Positions 36,464 to 47,617 of a stretch of DNA of 64,000 nt are shown here, in pieces. A program made the translations under genes and the position numbers. This stretch comes from a virus (lineage: Duplodnaviria > Heunggongvirae > Uroviricota > Caudoviricetes). The stretch is from the IMG/VR virus record IMGVR_UViG_3300045988_158233; one strand, written 5' to 3'. How positions within the stretch are numbered: the first letter of the stretch is position 1; the number at the start of each line of letters is the position of its first letter. Under the pieces are notes generated by a model. It saw only the letters and a program-made list of their open reading frames with translations. It ran no database searches and was not told the DNA's origin.

Positions 36464-38380
36464 ATGAAGTTTTTAAAGCTCCAGGTTGAGAATTTTATGG
36501 CTATCGCCAGCGCGGAGGTCGAGTTAGATCAGCGTGGTTTAGTGCTCATTCAGGGTGTTAATAGTGATGATAGTTCCGCATCAAGTAATGGCTCTGGAAA
36601 GTCAACTCTAATGAATAGCCTGATGTGGTGTCTTTATGGCGAAACAGCTCATGGTGTGAAGGGTGACGATGTGTTGTCTACCGACCATGAAAAGAACTGT
36701 CGTGTTGCAGTAACCATCGAGGATGAAGGCAAGAGATACGCAATCATTCGTCACCGTAAACACAAAGAGTTCAAAAATCGTCTTATCGTTCGTGGTGAAG
36801 ATGGCGATATGACGAAAGGCAAAGATGCGCTGACGCAGGAGTTCGTCGAGCGTCTGATCGGTGCATCTAAAGAGGTTTTCATGGCTTCCATCTATGCGAG
36901 CCAAGAAGCTATGCCAGATTTACCTGGAATGTCCGACAAAAACCTCAAAACCATCGTAGAAGAAGCCGCTGGCGTTGACAGACTGACACGCGCCTACGCT
37001 ATTGCTCGTGAGCGAGCTAATGCAGCTGCCGCACGTATGGATGTGGTTAAAACCAAATTGGAGTCGACAATCTCGACCATTGAGGCAACACAGTCAGAAA
37101 TTGAGTCAGCGAAAGCCTCCTCTGAATCATGGGAGCAAGAGCGTTCTAAACGTTATGACGATGCCCTGGCTGGGCTGGCCAGTGCCGAAGTTGAGTTAAC
37201 GGAAGTTGAACTTGAGATCCGCACTCTTCCCGAACAGATACGTGATACCGAGAAGGCAATCGAAAGTGAGCGCAAAAAGTTAGCCTCAAAAGAAGAACAT
37301 GACGCCAAGTTGCTCAAAGTTCGTGGTGCGATAACTGATATTCGGGCAAGCATCAAAGCTACAGAAAATAGTCAGGCTGATGCAATGAACCGCGCGCGTA
37401 ATTTTAAGACCAAAGCAGAAGAGGTTGGTACTAAAGTGGGATCACCATGCCCTACTTGTGGCAAAGCCTACTGCGAAGAAGATCTATCAACGGTGAAGGA
37501 GAATTTCATTGAACAAGCACGTCAGGAAATTGGTCAGGCGAAGACACTTGCAGAGGCAATGGCTAAACACAAAACGAATCTTGAGAAAGCGTTAAGCATT
37601 GAGTCTGCCCTTGTTAAAACGACACCTGATGTAACGGCTATCATTGCCCGGATTGAAGAGCTTACGAAACAACTCTCATCTTTGCGTCATCGTGAGAAGG
37701 AGGTTGTTGCTATTGAGTCTCTTGTGACTCGTGCTCGTACTGAGGTCGATCGTATATCAAAAGAGATTAATCCGTTTATTGCTCTTATCGCCAGACACGA
37801 AGATAACTTGGTATCCAGTAAGTCTACCTTCAAGTCCTTAAAAGATGAGTTGAAGGCTATTCAGGAACAAACGTTGCTATTGGAAAAAGCTCGTCAGGTC
37901 TACTCTCCTGCCGGGGTGCGTTCTCATATTTTGACGTCTGTTACGCCTTTCCTGAATACACGCACTGCCGAGTATCTCAATACGTTGTCTGACGGGAATA
38001 TTACTGCTGAGTGGTCGACGATGGATGTCACTAAAAAAGGTGAGTATCGCGACAAATTCAACATTAGTGTGCAGAAGAAAGGTTCAAGTAAGTCGTTCCA
38101 GACCCTCTCTGGTGGTGAGAAGCGGAAGGTTCGCATTGCGTGTTCTTTGGCATTGCAGGATCTGGTTAGTAACCGGGCGAGTAAAAACATCGATTTGTTT
38201 ATCGGCGACGAAATTGACGATGCACTCGATACAGCCGGTCTTGAACGCCTCATGGGTATTCTGGAGTCCAAAGCTCGCGAGCGAGGTACTGTGCTGATTA
38301 TCTCCCATAAAGAGATGAAGTCATGGTTCCGGGAAACTATTACGCTGGAAGTTAAAGAGGGGCGCAGCTATGTCGTTTAA
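36464..38380 (+). CDS. SbcC/Rad50-like ATPase
   Basis: Walker A GSGKST, long coiled coil with CPTCGKAYC zinc hook, signature LSGGEKRK and Walker B DLFIGDEID. Confidence 0.8.
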   Translation: MKFLKLQVENFMAIASAEVELDQRGLVLIQGVNSDDSSASSNGSGKSTLMNSLMWCLYGETAHGVKGDDVLSTDHEKNCRVAVTIEDEGKRYAIIRHRKHKEFKNRLIVRGEDGDMTKGKDALTQEFVERLIGASKEVFMASIYASQEAMPDLPGMSDKNLKTIVEEAAGVDRLTRAYAIARERANAAAARMDVVKTKLESTISTIEATQSEIESAKASSESWEQERSKRYDDALAGLASAEVELTEVELEIRTLPEQIRDTEKAIESERKKLASKEEHDAKLLKVRGAITDIRASIKATENSQADAMNRARNFKTKAEEVGTKVGSPCPTCGKAYCEEDLSTVKENFIEQARQEIGQAKTLAEAMAKHKTNLEKALSIESALVKTTPDVTAIIARIEELTKQLSSLRHREKEVVAIESLVTRARTEVDRISKEINPFIALIARHEDNLVSSKSTFKSLKDELKAIQEQTLLLEKARQVYSPAGVRSHILTSVTPFLNTRTAEYLNTLSDGNITAEWSTMDVTKKGEYRDKFNISVQKKGSSKSFQTLSGGEKRKVRIACSLALQDLVSNRASKNIDLFIGDEIDDALDTAGLERLMGILESKARERGTVLIISHKEMKSWFRETITLEVKEGRSYVV

Positions 38381-39113
38381 ATTAAGCCGCTCGCAGTTTT
38401 TGCAGGTATTTGCAGTGATGCAGTCGATAAAACTGATCAATGGGCATACTTCCAATGGTGCGGCTCCACGTATTCTGTGGGGCAGCAACAATATTGACGG
38501 AGTACAATTCGCCGCGTTGCTTGGTCTAATATCCGAGACGCCATTGATGCAAAGTTTGAAATCACTACCACCTGGATGTATTGCGCCGATCCTGATTAAT
38601 CCTTTTGTTGAGGGGGGATATCTTCCCAACGTCGGGCCTGGGTTTATTGCATCCCATGAAACTGAAGATCTTAACATTAATAGCGAAGGGTTCTTTGGGG
38701 GAATGGGTGCGCATCACTGTATGGCTTTCACGAACCTTATTCGACTTGCCAATAAGCGGGTGGATAGTTTGGCATCGCCAGGTGATGCTTTTACTGGTTT
38801 CCTTATCCAAAGGAGGGATAAAAAGTACAGTGCGGACAAACTACAGTTTGTTGGTAAGTATGGAGAAATGGTAGAAATCGAACTTCAGCTCCCTCATGTT
38901 TTAGCAAACGATAGTGCAGACAGTCGGAGGCTGTTGGGCATCATGCGTCATTTCATAGCAAGTGGTGTTAAACATGCCGCAGATAAACGTGTCACGCAGG
39001 AAAATGAGTATTCAGACTTTGCAAACTATCCCCAACCAACGTTGCAAACGGCAATAGTAGCCAATTCGTTGGAGGCGAGATTATTGGAAAACCCTATATG
39101 GGGAACATGGTAA
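38370..39113 (+). CDS. hypothetical protein
   Basis: 247-aa ORF overlapping SbcC stop. Confidence 0.45.
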   Translation: MSFKLSRSQFLQVFAVMQSIKLINGHTSNGAAPRILWGSNNIDGVQFAALLGLISETPLMQSLKSLPPGCIAPILINPFVEGGYLPNVGPGFIASHETEDLNINSEGFFGGMGAHHCMAFTNLIRLANKRVDSLASPGDAFTGFLIQRRDKKYSADKLQFVGKYGEMVEIELQLPHVLANDSADSRRLLGIMRHFIASGVKHAADKRVTQENEYSDFANYPQPTLQTAIVANSLEARLLENPIWGTW

Positions 39114-39122
39114 GGAGACTAT

Positions 39123-39692
39123 ATGAGTAAAAAAATCAGCGTAGTTGGTGTTGATCCCTCAATGAGCAACTTTGGGCTTGCTGTGGGCACTTTAGACCTT
39201 GAGACGGACGAACTTGAGATTCACGGCCTTACTCTTGTTGAGACTAAAGCGGGGAGTAACAAAAAGACCGTTCGTGTGAACAGTGACGATCTGCGCCGAG
39301 CCAGTGAAATATGGCGTGTTGCGAAGCCAATCATTGATAAGGCAAATATGGTTTTTTGTGAGCTACCGGTTGGGAGCCAAAACTCTCGTTCGCAGACGTC
39401 TTACGGTATTTGTATCGGTGTACTTGCGTGTGTGGATAAGCCATTGATCCAGGTTACTCCAAACGAAATCAAGCATTTTGTCGGCAATAAACTTACTACA
39501 TCGAAAGAAGAGATTATCCAGTGGGCTACGAAAAAACACCCTAAAGCACCGTGGCTGCGTCGTAAGCAATCTGGACAGGATGTTCTCGTGAACAAAAACG
39601 AACATTTGGCTGATGCGGTGGCTGCCATCCATACCGGTATGCAAACAGATCAGTTCCGCCAGGTGCGCGATGTTCTTAAGTCTCTCATTTGA
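39123..39692 (+). CDS. RuvC-like Holliday junction resolvase (tentative)
   Basis: N-terminal VVGVDPSMSNFGLAV, CELP and C-terminal EHLADAVAAIH resemble RuvC catalytic motifs. Confidence 0.55.
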   Translation: MSKKISVVGVDPSMSNFGLAVGTLDLETDELEIHGLTLVETKAGSNKKTVRVNSDDLRRASEIWRVAKPIIDKANMVFCELPVGSQNSRSQTSYGICIGVLACVDKPLIQVTPNEIKHFVGNKLTTSKEEIIQWATKKHPKAPWLRRKQSGQDVLVNKNEHLADAVAAIHTGMQTDQFRQVRDVLKSLI

Positions 39693-39699
39693 TTTCATT

Positions 39700-39720
39700 G
39701 ATAGGTAAGTGCTTATCTAT
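39700..39720. promoter_or_regulatory. motif B palindrome upstream of nrdA
   Basis: gataggtaagtgcttatctat about 45 bp upstream of nrdA ATG. Confidence 0.4.
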
Positions 39721-39765
39721 TAACATGAGCCACTATATTTAGTGGCCCTCTTTATTTGGTGATAC

Positions 39766-42125
39766 ATGATAAGCATCGTAAAACGTAACGGCCAAACAGA
39801 GCCGTTATCCGAAGAAAAATACAACCGCGTCGTAATGTATGGCGTAGAAGGCATTCGTGGTGTAAGCGCATCCGCTGTAGCAATGGGAGCTGCGGCCAGC
39901 ATTTTTGATGGGATTACCACCAGCCAGTTGCATGAGGCTTTGGTTAAATCTGCCGCTGATTTGATCTCACCAGAAGCACCAAATTACTCACAGGTGGCTG
40001 CCCGCCTGAACATTTTTAAAATCCGCAAAGATGCCTTCGGTCGTTACGACTATCCGAACTTCTACCAACACATTGTCAAGAACGTTAACAAGGGCGTTTA
40101 TGACAAGGATTTGCTGACACATTATTCGTTTGAAGAGATCGAAGAACTCGGCAATTACATTAAGCCGAAACGTGACGATCTTTTTGGCTATGCAGCTACG
40201 GTGCAGTTGCAAAGCAAATACCTCGTTCAAAACCGTGTTACTGGTGAGATTCATGAGGGGCCGCAACATATCTATATGCTGGTAGGCATGTGTCTGTTCC
40301 AGAATTGGGAAGACGACTGCGCTGGCAAAACACGTATGGAGATGGTCAAAGGTTTCTATGACGTTACAAGTACGTTCAAACTGTCTCTGCCCACACCAAT
40401 CATGGCCGGCGTCCGTACTCCAACCCGTCAGTTCTCCAGTTGTGTGCTGATTGAGTCTGGCGATAGTCTGAAAGGGATTAGTGCAGCTTCAGCCGCAATT
40501 ATCGACTACGTTTCACGTCGTGCTGGAATTGGTATTGGTTTTGGCCGTATCCGTGCGCTGGGCAGCGAGATCCGCAATGGTGAAGCCACCCATACTGGAG
40601 TTATTCCATTCCTGAAGCATTTCCAGACGGCTGTTAAATCTTGTTCGCAAGGTGGTGTTCGTGGTGGCGCAGCAACAGCGTTTTACCCGATCTGGCATCT
40701 TGAAGTTGAAAGTCTGCTGGTGGTGAAAAATAACCGTGGTATTGATGAAAACCGCGTTCGCCATCTTGATTACGGCGTCATGAGTAACCGTCTAATGTAC
40801 CGTCGACTCGTCAGAAGCGAGAACATCACTCTGTTCAGCCCGCATGATGTGCCTGATATGTACGAAGCCTTCTTCACAGACCAGGAGCTGTTTGAAAAGC
40901 TGTACCATAAATACGAAGCCGATGATTCAATTCGCAAGAAGTCAGTACCTGCCATTGAGCTGTTCTCATCTCTGATGCAGGAACGAGCGTCCACGGGCCG
41001 AATTTATATTGCGAACGTCGATCATATTAATGAGCATGGCGCTTTCATTCCTGCTCTTGCACCTGTTCGCCAGTCAAACCTGTGTATGGAGATCACCCTA
41101 CCCACCCGTCCACTGGCATTTACCGACGACCCGAACGGTGAGATCGCGCTATGCACTTTATCCGCTTTTAACCTCGGAGCCATCCGTTCACTGGAGTCTC
41201 TTAAAGAGGTGGCGTTCTATGCCGTTGCTGCACTGGATTCGTTACTGGATTATCAAGACTATCCGATGGAGGCAGGCCGAGTTGCCCGCCACTCAAAGTT
41301 GCTTATCCGATGGAGGCAGCCGAAGTGCCTGCCAAAGCTCGTCGTAGCTTGGGAATTGGTGTAACCAACTTTGCTTATTACCTGGCAAAGAATGGCGTTC
41401 GTTATTCTGATACCGCTGGCAATAAACTGGTGCATGAAACGTTCGAAGCTATCCAGTATTACCTTCTTGATGCCAGCTGCCGACTTGCTGAAGCAAAAGG
41501 TGAGTGTGACTGGTTTGAGCAGACCAAATACGCAATTGGTCAGTTGCCGATCGACCATTACCGTTCTTCATTAGACGAAAGTGGCGAAACCAACTTTGAG
41601 TTAAAGATGCCGTGGGAAGAACTGCGTGAACGTATTGCAAAATACGGCCTTCGCAACTCCACTCTGACGGCACAAATGCCATGCGAGACTTCCAGCCAGA
41701 TCACTAATTCCACCAACGGCATCGAACCGCCTCGTGGCCCGGTGTCAGTGAAATCTTCTAAGGACGGCATCGTCAAGATGGTCGTGCCTGAGTTTGAAAA
41801 ACTGAAGGAACAGTATGAATACCTGTGGGATATGCCGGACAACCGCGGCTATCTGACAAAGGTGGCGATCATCCAGAAGTTCTTTGACCAGGCTATTTCG
41901 GCCAATACCAACTATGACCCTTCTCGCTTTGAAGGCGATAAAGTCCCAATGATGACGCTACTGTCAGATTTGCTTCTCGCCTACAAGATGGGAGTTAAAA
42001 CGCTTTACTACCACAACACCAGAGATGGTGCAGGAAAGCGTGATGACGACGAACCGCAGAATCCACTGGCGCAAGCTGTAGCCGTCGAGCCAGAAGATGA
42101 GTGCGACGGAGCCTGCAAAATCTGA
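39766..42125 (+). pseudogene. nrdA: class Ia ribonucleotide reductase alpha subunit, reading frame interrupted near 41276..41319
   Basis: Two ORFs (39766..41364 and 41310..42125) together align to full-length NrdA; 44-nt segment flanked by 16-bp direct repeats causes the frame change. Confidence 0.8.
41276..41319 (+). repeat. 44-nt insert within nrdA bounded by 16-bp direct repeat
   Basis: tatccgatggaggcag at 41260..41275 and again at 41304..41319; intervening unique 28 nt gccgagttgcccgccactcaaagttgct. Confidence 0.8.
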
Positions 42126-42130
42126 CATAT

Positions 42131-42149
42131 GGTGGGGGATATCCCCACC
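42131..42149 (+). terminator. GC-rich hairpin after nrdA
   Basis: ggtgggggatatccccacc followed by T-rich tract. Confidence 0.5.
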
Positions 42150-42187
42150 TTCTCTTTGATTTGTAAGCCTTGTTTAAACACATAAGA

Positions 42188-42200
42188 TAACAACTTGTTT
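42188..42200. promoter_or_regulatory. motif A palindrome (1 mismatch) upstream of nrdB
   Basis: taacaacttgttt; a second half-site ttgtttaaac at 42170. Confidence 0.35.
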
Positions 42201-42231
42201 AAACGCACCAAAAAAGAAAAAGGAAAAACAC

Positions 42232-43374
42232 ATGTCATATTCAACGTTCCGTTTGGGTGCTAATGATGCAACCAAAGAGCCTATGTTCCTCGGACAATCT
42301 GTCAACGTGGCACGTTACGATCAGCAAAAATACCGTGATTTTGAAAAGTTGATTGAACGTCAATTGTCTTTCTTCTGGCGGCCGGAAGAAGTTGATATTT
42401 CGAGCGATCGTATCGACTTCAACACGAAGCTGCGGGACCACGAACGTCACATTTTTCTGAGCAATCTCCGTTATCAAACGTTACTCGATTCAGTTCAGGG
42501 ACGTAGTCCAAATGCAACGCTGCTGCCGCTTATCTCTATTCCTGAACTGGAAACGTGGGTTGAAACGTGGTCTTTCTCTGAGACTATCCATAGCCGCAGC
42601 TACACCCACATTATTCGTGGCATGGTGGACGATCCGAGCATTGTTTTTGACGGTATTGTTACGGATGAAGAAATCATCAACCGAGCGATCAGTATCTCTG
42701 CTGAATATGACAGGCTTTATGGGATGACCTGCGAGCGCCAGTCGTTAGGTGAGAAGGAGTTTGAACGTCTGTACGTAAATGAATATGGCTGGGAGCCATA
42801 CCCTTTGCACCGTCAGCTTTTCCGCACGTTGGTGTCCATTAATGCGCTTGAGGCGATCCGTTTCTATGTAAGTTTTGCATGTACGTTTGCCTTTGGCGAA
42901 CGGAAGTTGCTTGAGGGTAACACCAAAATTATGCGCTTTATTGCCCGTGATGAAGCTCTGCATTGCGAAGGAACTGAACGCATGATCCGCTTCATGCGTA
43001 CCGGTCGCGAAGGTTTATTGTGGAAAGAGATTGCTGCTGATGAAGAAAACGTCATTTACGACACCATGAAATCAGTCGCCGAACAAGAAATGAACTGGGC
43101 AGACTATCTCTTCAAAGACGGTTCGATGATTGGTTTAAACGCGGATATTCTCAAAACCTATGTAAAATACCGCACCAATCTGGCTATGAATCGTCTTGGC
43201 CTGAAGGCTTTATTTCCAGAGGTTACCACCGATCCGCTGGTCTGGATGAACAAGTGGTTGTTAACCGACACACTGCAAATTGCACCACAAGAGGCAGAGC
43301 AAAGCACATATCTGGTAGGTCAGATCGATTCTACCGTGGATAAGGCTTCTCTAAGCCAGTTTGCTGACCTGTAA
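42232..43374 (+). CDS. nrdB: class Ia ribonucleotide reductase beta subunit
   Basis: 380 aa; diiron/tyrosyl-radical region ...[15 protein letters not shown]... and [11 protein letters not shown]. Confidence 0.85.
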   Translation: MSYSTFRLGANDATKEPMFLGQSVNVARYDQQKYRDFEKLIERQLSFFWRPEEVDISSDRIDFNTKLRDHERHIFLSNLRYQTLLDSVQGRSPNATLLPLISIPELETWVETWSFSETIHSRSYTHIIRGMVDDPSIVFDGIVTDEEIINRAISISAEYDRLYGMTCERQSLGEKEFERLYVNEYGWEPYPLHRQLFRTLVSINALEAIRFYVSFACTFAFGERKLLEGNTKIMRFIARDEALHCEGTERMIRFMRTGREGLLWKEIAADEENVIYDTMKSVAEQEMNWADYLFKDGSMIGLNADILKTYVKYRTNLAMNRLGLKALFPEVTTDPLVWMNKWLLTDTLQIAPQEAEQSTYLVGQIDSTVDKASLSQFADL

Positions 43375-43451
43375 ACCGATACAAAGCATTATGTGGCCTG
43401 GCAACGCTGGGCCACAATGGATCACAAGAATTAAGAAGGAACAAAACTAGC

Positions 43452-44321
43452 ATGAACTTTACCAAACTGACTGACCACCTGAAACTTGCCACCGATCGAC
43501 TCATTGGATTTAAGCCAGAACCATATGAGTTGCATGAAGGTCATGGTGTAGCTACTGAAAGTATTTACAAGATGGTCGATCAGTTTCATGAACTCTTCCA
43601 GCATCCGAGACGCGTTATGCCGACACCAGAGCTGCTTCGTCTCCGTGCAAGCCTGATTCATGAAGAAGCTGTAGTGGAAGGTATTCCAGCCGCAATGAAT
43701 GGGGATATTGAGCAACTGCTGGATGCAATGGCCGACTTTTTATACGTTGGTGTTGGTACGATGGTCGCCATCAAAGGTGGTATTTCTACCGGCATGACCT
43801 ATTACACGCAGGAACAGAGCATTGATCGCTTTATGCAGACAATTTTTGTGCCCGGTAACACTGTTTTCGATGATATGGCAATGCCATTTCAGGAAGCTCG
43901 TGAGGCGTCATGTATGCTCGAAGAGCTGGCAGATAAACTTGAGAACAAGACTGTTAAGGATTCTGAGCTGATTCAGGAACTGCGCCGTGTCATGAACAAA
44001 ATCTATGTGGCGTGCATGATGACCTATCGACTGGCTGATTTCCTCGGTATCAATGTAGTCGAGCTGGTTGGCGAAATTCATCGGTCTAACATGACAAAAT
44101 TATGGCCTGCTGATGTCGAGGAACGTCGCCAGGCTGTGGCCAACTGCAAATACGACTCTTCAGACCTGGGATTTCGCCATGCTGATGGTACCGATAAGAT
44201 GATCGGTTTTCGAATTTCCGATGGAAAGATTCTGAAGTCTCCAACCTATAGTGATGTCGATTTATCCTCCTTTGTTGAGCAAGCTAAAGCCTCAGCAATG
44301 TACGGAATGATCAAAAAATAA
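43452..44321 (+). CDS. hypothetical protein (possibly MazG-like NTP pyrophosphohydrolase)
   Basis: Acidic helical motifs HEEAVVEG...GDIEQLLDAMADFLY; location within nucleotide-metabolism cluster. Confidence 0.35.
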   Translation: MNFTKLTDHLKLATDRLIGFKPEPYELHEGHGVATESIYKMVDQFHELFQHPRRVMPTPELLRLRASLIHEEAVVEGIPAAMNGDIEQLLDAMADFLYVGVGTMVAIKGGISTGMTYYTQEQSIDRFMQTIFVPGNTVFDDMAMPFQEAREASCMLEELADKLENKTVKDSELIQELRRVMNKIYVACMMTYRLADFLGINVVELVGEIHRSNMTKLWPADVEERRQAVANCKYDSSDLGFRHADGTDKMIGFRISDGKILKSPTYSDVDLSSFVEQAKASAMYGMIKK

Positions 44322-44464
44322 TTGTAGGTAGTTATCTATCTATGTATATTGTGTTAGCGCGTTAAATTCCTGAAACAACTATTCGTTTTGGTGGCCTATG
44401 GCCACCATTTTTTTATCTATCTGGCCTTGTTCCCTCAATAAATGTAAACTCACGTAATGAATAA

Positions 44465-45595
44465 GTGGTTACTTATCTTTGTGAGGTTTTTGTGTCACTC
44501 CTTTTGAATCGTGAGCATACGAACGGTCAGGTAACAAACGCATCGTATGCAAAAGTTATTGAGACGGTGCTTAAAAGCGGCGTGCAGGCTGATGATCGCA
44601 CAGGCACTGGTACTTTAAGCACCTGCTACGTTCCCTCTTACTACATGCTTACTGGTGGGACTGTGCCGCTTATTTCTGGAAAGGCGGTAAATCTTAAGCC
44701 ACTGCTTGTCGAACTTGAGTGGTATCTGAAAGGCACGGGCAACATCCAATTTCTCAAGGATAACGGCGTTAAGATTTGGGATGCATGGGCCGATGAGAAT
44801 GGCGATTTGGGGCCAGTTTACGGTAAGCAGTGGCGTCGATGGGAAGATACCCGCATCGTGAGCCATAGTGAATATCTGAGCAAGATCGCTACTTTCCGTG
44901 AACGCGGGTACAAAGTCGAGGGATACCTAGGTATCAGTGAAGATCGCGTAGTGCTGTCCCGTGAAATCGATCAGCTACAGCGTATTGTCGATACACTGCG
45001 CACGAACCCTACCGATCGTCGCATCATGCTTAACGCATGGAACGTAGGCGAGCTTGAGGATATGAAACTGCCACCTTGCCACTTTGTCTTCTCTTTGTGG
45101 AGTCGTGAGCTTGATTTTGAAACCCGTTTAACGATGGCAACTGACATTGGTCTTCAACACAGTCGCCTCGGTTACGAGTCTATCTACACCAAGATGCTAT
45201 ACGATCTGGAGATGGACGGCAGTGTTACTGAAGCTGAACTGGATGAACTTGGAATCCCCAAACGCATCCTCAACTCCTGCCTCGTACAGCGTAGCGTAGA
45301 CACTTTTGTTGGTATGCCATTCAATATTGCTGGCTATGGCATTCTCACTCATTTTCTCGCGAAGATTACGGGTCACATGGCCGGTGCATTTGTGCATTTT
45401 GGCTTTGACGTGCATTTGTACAATAACCACATGGAAAGTGTGCGTGAGCTAATGCAACGACAGGCTCCAGAGCATTCAGATCCGGTCGTTATATTCCCTA
45501 ATGAATGGTCTGAGCTGGATGATTTCAAATGGGACGAGATTCTTATTCTTGGCTATGCCCCTCTACCGTGGATCAAGGTTCCAGTGGCGGTGTGA
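44465..45595 (+). CDS. thyA: thymidylate synthase
   Basis: DRTGTGTLS and catalytic LPPCHF motifs; no in-frame ATG, start GTG 44465 or GTG 44492. Confidence 0.8.
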   Translation: MVTYLCEVFVSLLLNREHTNGQVTNASYAKVIETVLKSGVQADDRTGTGTLSTCYVPSYYMLTGGTVPLISGKAVNLKPLLVELEWYLKGTGNIQFLKDNGVKIWDAWADENGDLGPVYGKQWRRWEDTRIVSHSEYLSKIATFRERGYKVEGYLGISEDRVVLSREIDQLQRIVDTLRTNPTDRRIMLNAWNVGELEDMKLPPCHFVFSLWSRELDFETRLTMATDIGLQHSRLGYESIYTKMLYDLEMDGSVTEAELDELGIPKRILNSCLVQRSVDTFVGMPFNIAGYGILTHFLAKITGHMAGAFVHFGFDVHLYNNHMESVRELMQRQAPEHSDPVVIFPNEWSELDDFKWDEILILGYAPLPWIKVPVAV

Positions 45596-45596
45596 T

Positions 45597-46010
45597 ATGG
45601 CAAGAGGTATGTATGTCTTATGCGAAATTGAAGGTGTGCTGGCAAATACCAGCCATCGTAAATCTGTATCTGACTCGGATGCAGGCCAATTCATTGCCGG
45701 TGATGAACTCATTTTCCCCACCAGCCGTATGTTGCGTGGTTTTGCTCGCTCAGGGGCTGAAGTGGTGCTTATCAGTAGCCGCTCTGAAACTCTTGAAGCG
45801 CCCACTAAACGATGGCTGAAAGATTTTGGTGTTGATTACGACTGGCTTCATCTCGTACCGAATAGCACTAGTTATGAGAAGCATATTAAGCGCACATTAG
45901 CGGAGCATAAAGGCGATCTGCTTATCGCTGCGCTGGTGCACGATCCTCGACTCCGTGCCGCTTTAGCTGACTCTCATCATAGACCGGTCATCTATGAGGT
46001 GAGCAAATGA
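45597..46010 (+). CDS. hypothetical protein
   Basis: 138 aa from ATG overlapping thyA stop (TGATATG). Confidence 0.4.
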   Translation: MARGMYVLCEIEGVLANTSHRKSVSDSDAGQFIAGDELIFPTSRMLRGFARSGAEVVLISSRSETLEAPTKRWLKDFGVDYDWLHLVPNSTSYEKHIKRTLAEHKGDLLIAALVHDPRLRAALADSHHRPVIYEVSK

Positions 46011-46483
46011 AGATGATAGCTGCTGTTGGCCGTAACTATGAGATCGGCATAGCGAACGAACTGCCCTGGCGTTGTTCTACCGATCTGAAGCTATTTAAGA
46101 GACTCACCAAAAACGCCACTGTCGTTATGGGGCGTAAAACGATGGAAAGTCTCAAACGCCCTCTTCCAGAGCGTCATAACCTCGTTTTGACGCGCTCTCA
46201 TGGCTTTGTACCAAATGGATTCTACCCTGCTGGTGTGGATGATGTGTTGCGATTACCAGAGCCTGTGTGGGTGATTGGCGGGAAACAAATTTACTCGCTA
46301 TTCATGCCGCATGTTGAAGAGATTTGGCTCTCCCACATCGACGTTGATGTGCCAAACGCCGATGCATTCTTCCCGGCAAGCATGATGCGTAATTTAGGCT
46401 TTGTGCCTGTTGAAACAGCTTATACCCAACGAGCCAGCGAGGAAGAGCCTGGCTTTTCGCAGATCGTATACAGAAGGTCGTAA
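46007..46483 (+). CDS. dihydrofolate reductase
   Basis: MIAAVGRNYEIGIANELPW, VVMGRKTMESL, VIGGKQIY. Confidence 0.8.
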   Translation: MKMIAAVGRNYEIGIANELPWRCSTDLKLFKRLTKNATVVMGRKTMESLKRPLPERHNLVLTRSHGFVPNGFYPAGVDDVLRLPEPVWVIGGKQIYSLFMPHVEEIWLSHIDVDVPNADAFFPASMMRNLGFVPVETAYTQRASEEEPGFSQIVYRRS

Positions 46484-47127
46484 TGGATTACCGGATTGGG
46501 ATCACTGGTGCTCAGGGCAGTGGGAAAACAACCCTGGCTAAATATATCGACAAACATTACGGAATCCCTTACGTGGATGCTGGTGTCGGAAGTTTGATGA
46601 GCCGCCTCGGTGTTCGAGTAGGTGAGTCTATGCCTCTATATGAGCGGCTTCAGATTCAAATGGAAATAGCAAAGCATATAGAGCTACTTACACGTGGTGT
46701 TGAAGGCTTTGTTATCGATCGCACACCTGCTGATGTTATGGCCTACACGTTGGATTTGGTCGGCCATACAAATGAAGATCGGTGTATTGAGTTAGCCCTC
46801 GATATCGAAAAGTTTTGCCACAAAACTGCTATTTCAAACTTTAACGCCATTGCTGGCCTACGCCCGGGGGTCTCTCTCTCAGAGCGAGATTACTTGCGGT
46901 CACAACGAGCATCATTAGACCGTCTGTATGTCGCTCGTATTGATGCGTTGATGTGCGGGGAACTGACAAAAATTCACCTGCATCCGCAAAGGGGAGATCT
47001 GCAAACCTTCGTCGTTTCCAACCGGTATCGCACAGTTGAAGCAAGAGCCAGATCAGTAATGAGAATGCTCGATAACGCGGTAGAAAAGATAGAAAACCGC
47101 TTCTGTGGCCGAGTTACCGTTCATTAG
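46483..47127 (+). CDS. P-loop nucleotide/nucleoside kinase (dNMP-kinase-like)
   Basis: Walker A GITGAQGSGKTT at N-terminus, ~210 aa, in nucleotide-metabolism operon. Confidence 0.5.
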   Translation: MDYRIGITGAQGSGKTTLAKYIDKHYGIPYVDAGVGSLMSRLGVRVGESMPLYERLQIQMEIAKHIELLTRGVEGFVIDRTPADVMAYTLDLVGHTNEDRCIELALDIEKFCHKTAISNFNAIAGLRPGVSLSERDYLRSQRASLDRLYVARIDALMCGELTKIHLHPQRGDLQTFVVSNRYRTVEARARSVMRMLDNAVEKIENRFCGRVTVH

Positions 47128-47188
47128 AAATTGTTCGCCTCTTCGACATTGCGACAATAAAACTCTCAAAATGGGTTAAGGATAAAAA

Positions 47189-47608
47189 ATGTTTAGTGAA
47201 CTGTTGCTTGAAGATGAACTGGATCGGAAAACAACAGAGGCTTTGATTCGTGTAGCGGACGAACATTCCCGGTCGCTTATGAGCGATCGAGAGGCTCGTC
47301 TGGCTATTCGTGCCATATTCGAAACTGTGCAGGGGCTTGTTGGCGCACAAGTAGGTGAAGCCATTAACATCGCCATGTCTCAGTTCAGTGAAGGCAGTAT
47401 AAAGCCTCTGTTTCCTATGCATTTGATGCTGGCTGGTGGCACGGTGCTTTACGTCTCTGTTTGTCTGGATAGCAACCAAATCAACATTCTCAACACGGCG
47501 TCAGGTAAGTGGAAAGATCCGGTTGTCTGTGAAACCAGTGAAGAAACTTTGAAAAAAGCGGCTCAATTTGTACGTAGCGCACTACTTAAGGGCGCTAAGA
47601 AGTTGTAA
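47189..47608 (+). CDS. hypothetical protein
   Basis: 139-aa ORF. Confidence 0.4.
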   Translation: MFSELLLEDELDRKTTEALIRVADEHSRSLMSDREARLAIRAIFETVQGLVGAQVGEAINIAMSQFSEGSIKPLFPMHLMLAGGTVLYVSVCLDSNQINILNTASGKWKDPVVCETSEETLKKAAQFVRSALLKGAKKL

Positions 47609-47617
47609 GGAGTTTTG

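Noticed and set aside
36189-36467. 92-aa ORF between SbcD-like and SbcC-like genes
   Set aside because: Starts inside the SbcD-like gene in another frame, Arg/Gly-rich; the likely real content of the gap is the SbcC leader. Left unannotated.
41260-41319. Classical T4 gene 60-type translational bypass signature
   Set aside because: Only partly supported: matching take-off/landing repeats exist, but no stop codon follows the take-off site and no obvious stable hairpin is seen; kept as a finding with pseudogene as the default reading.
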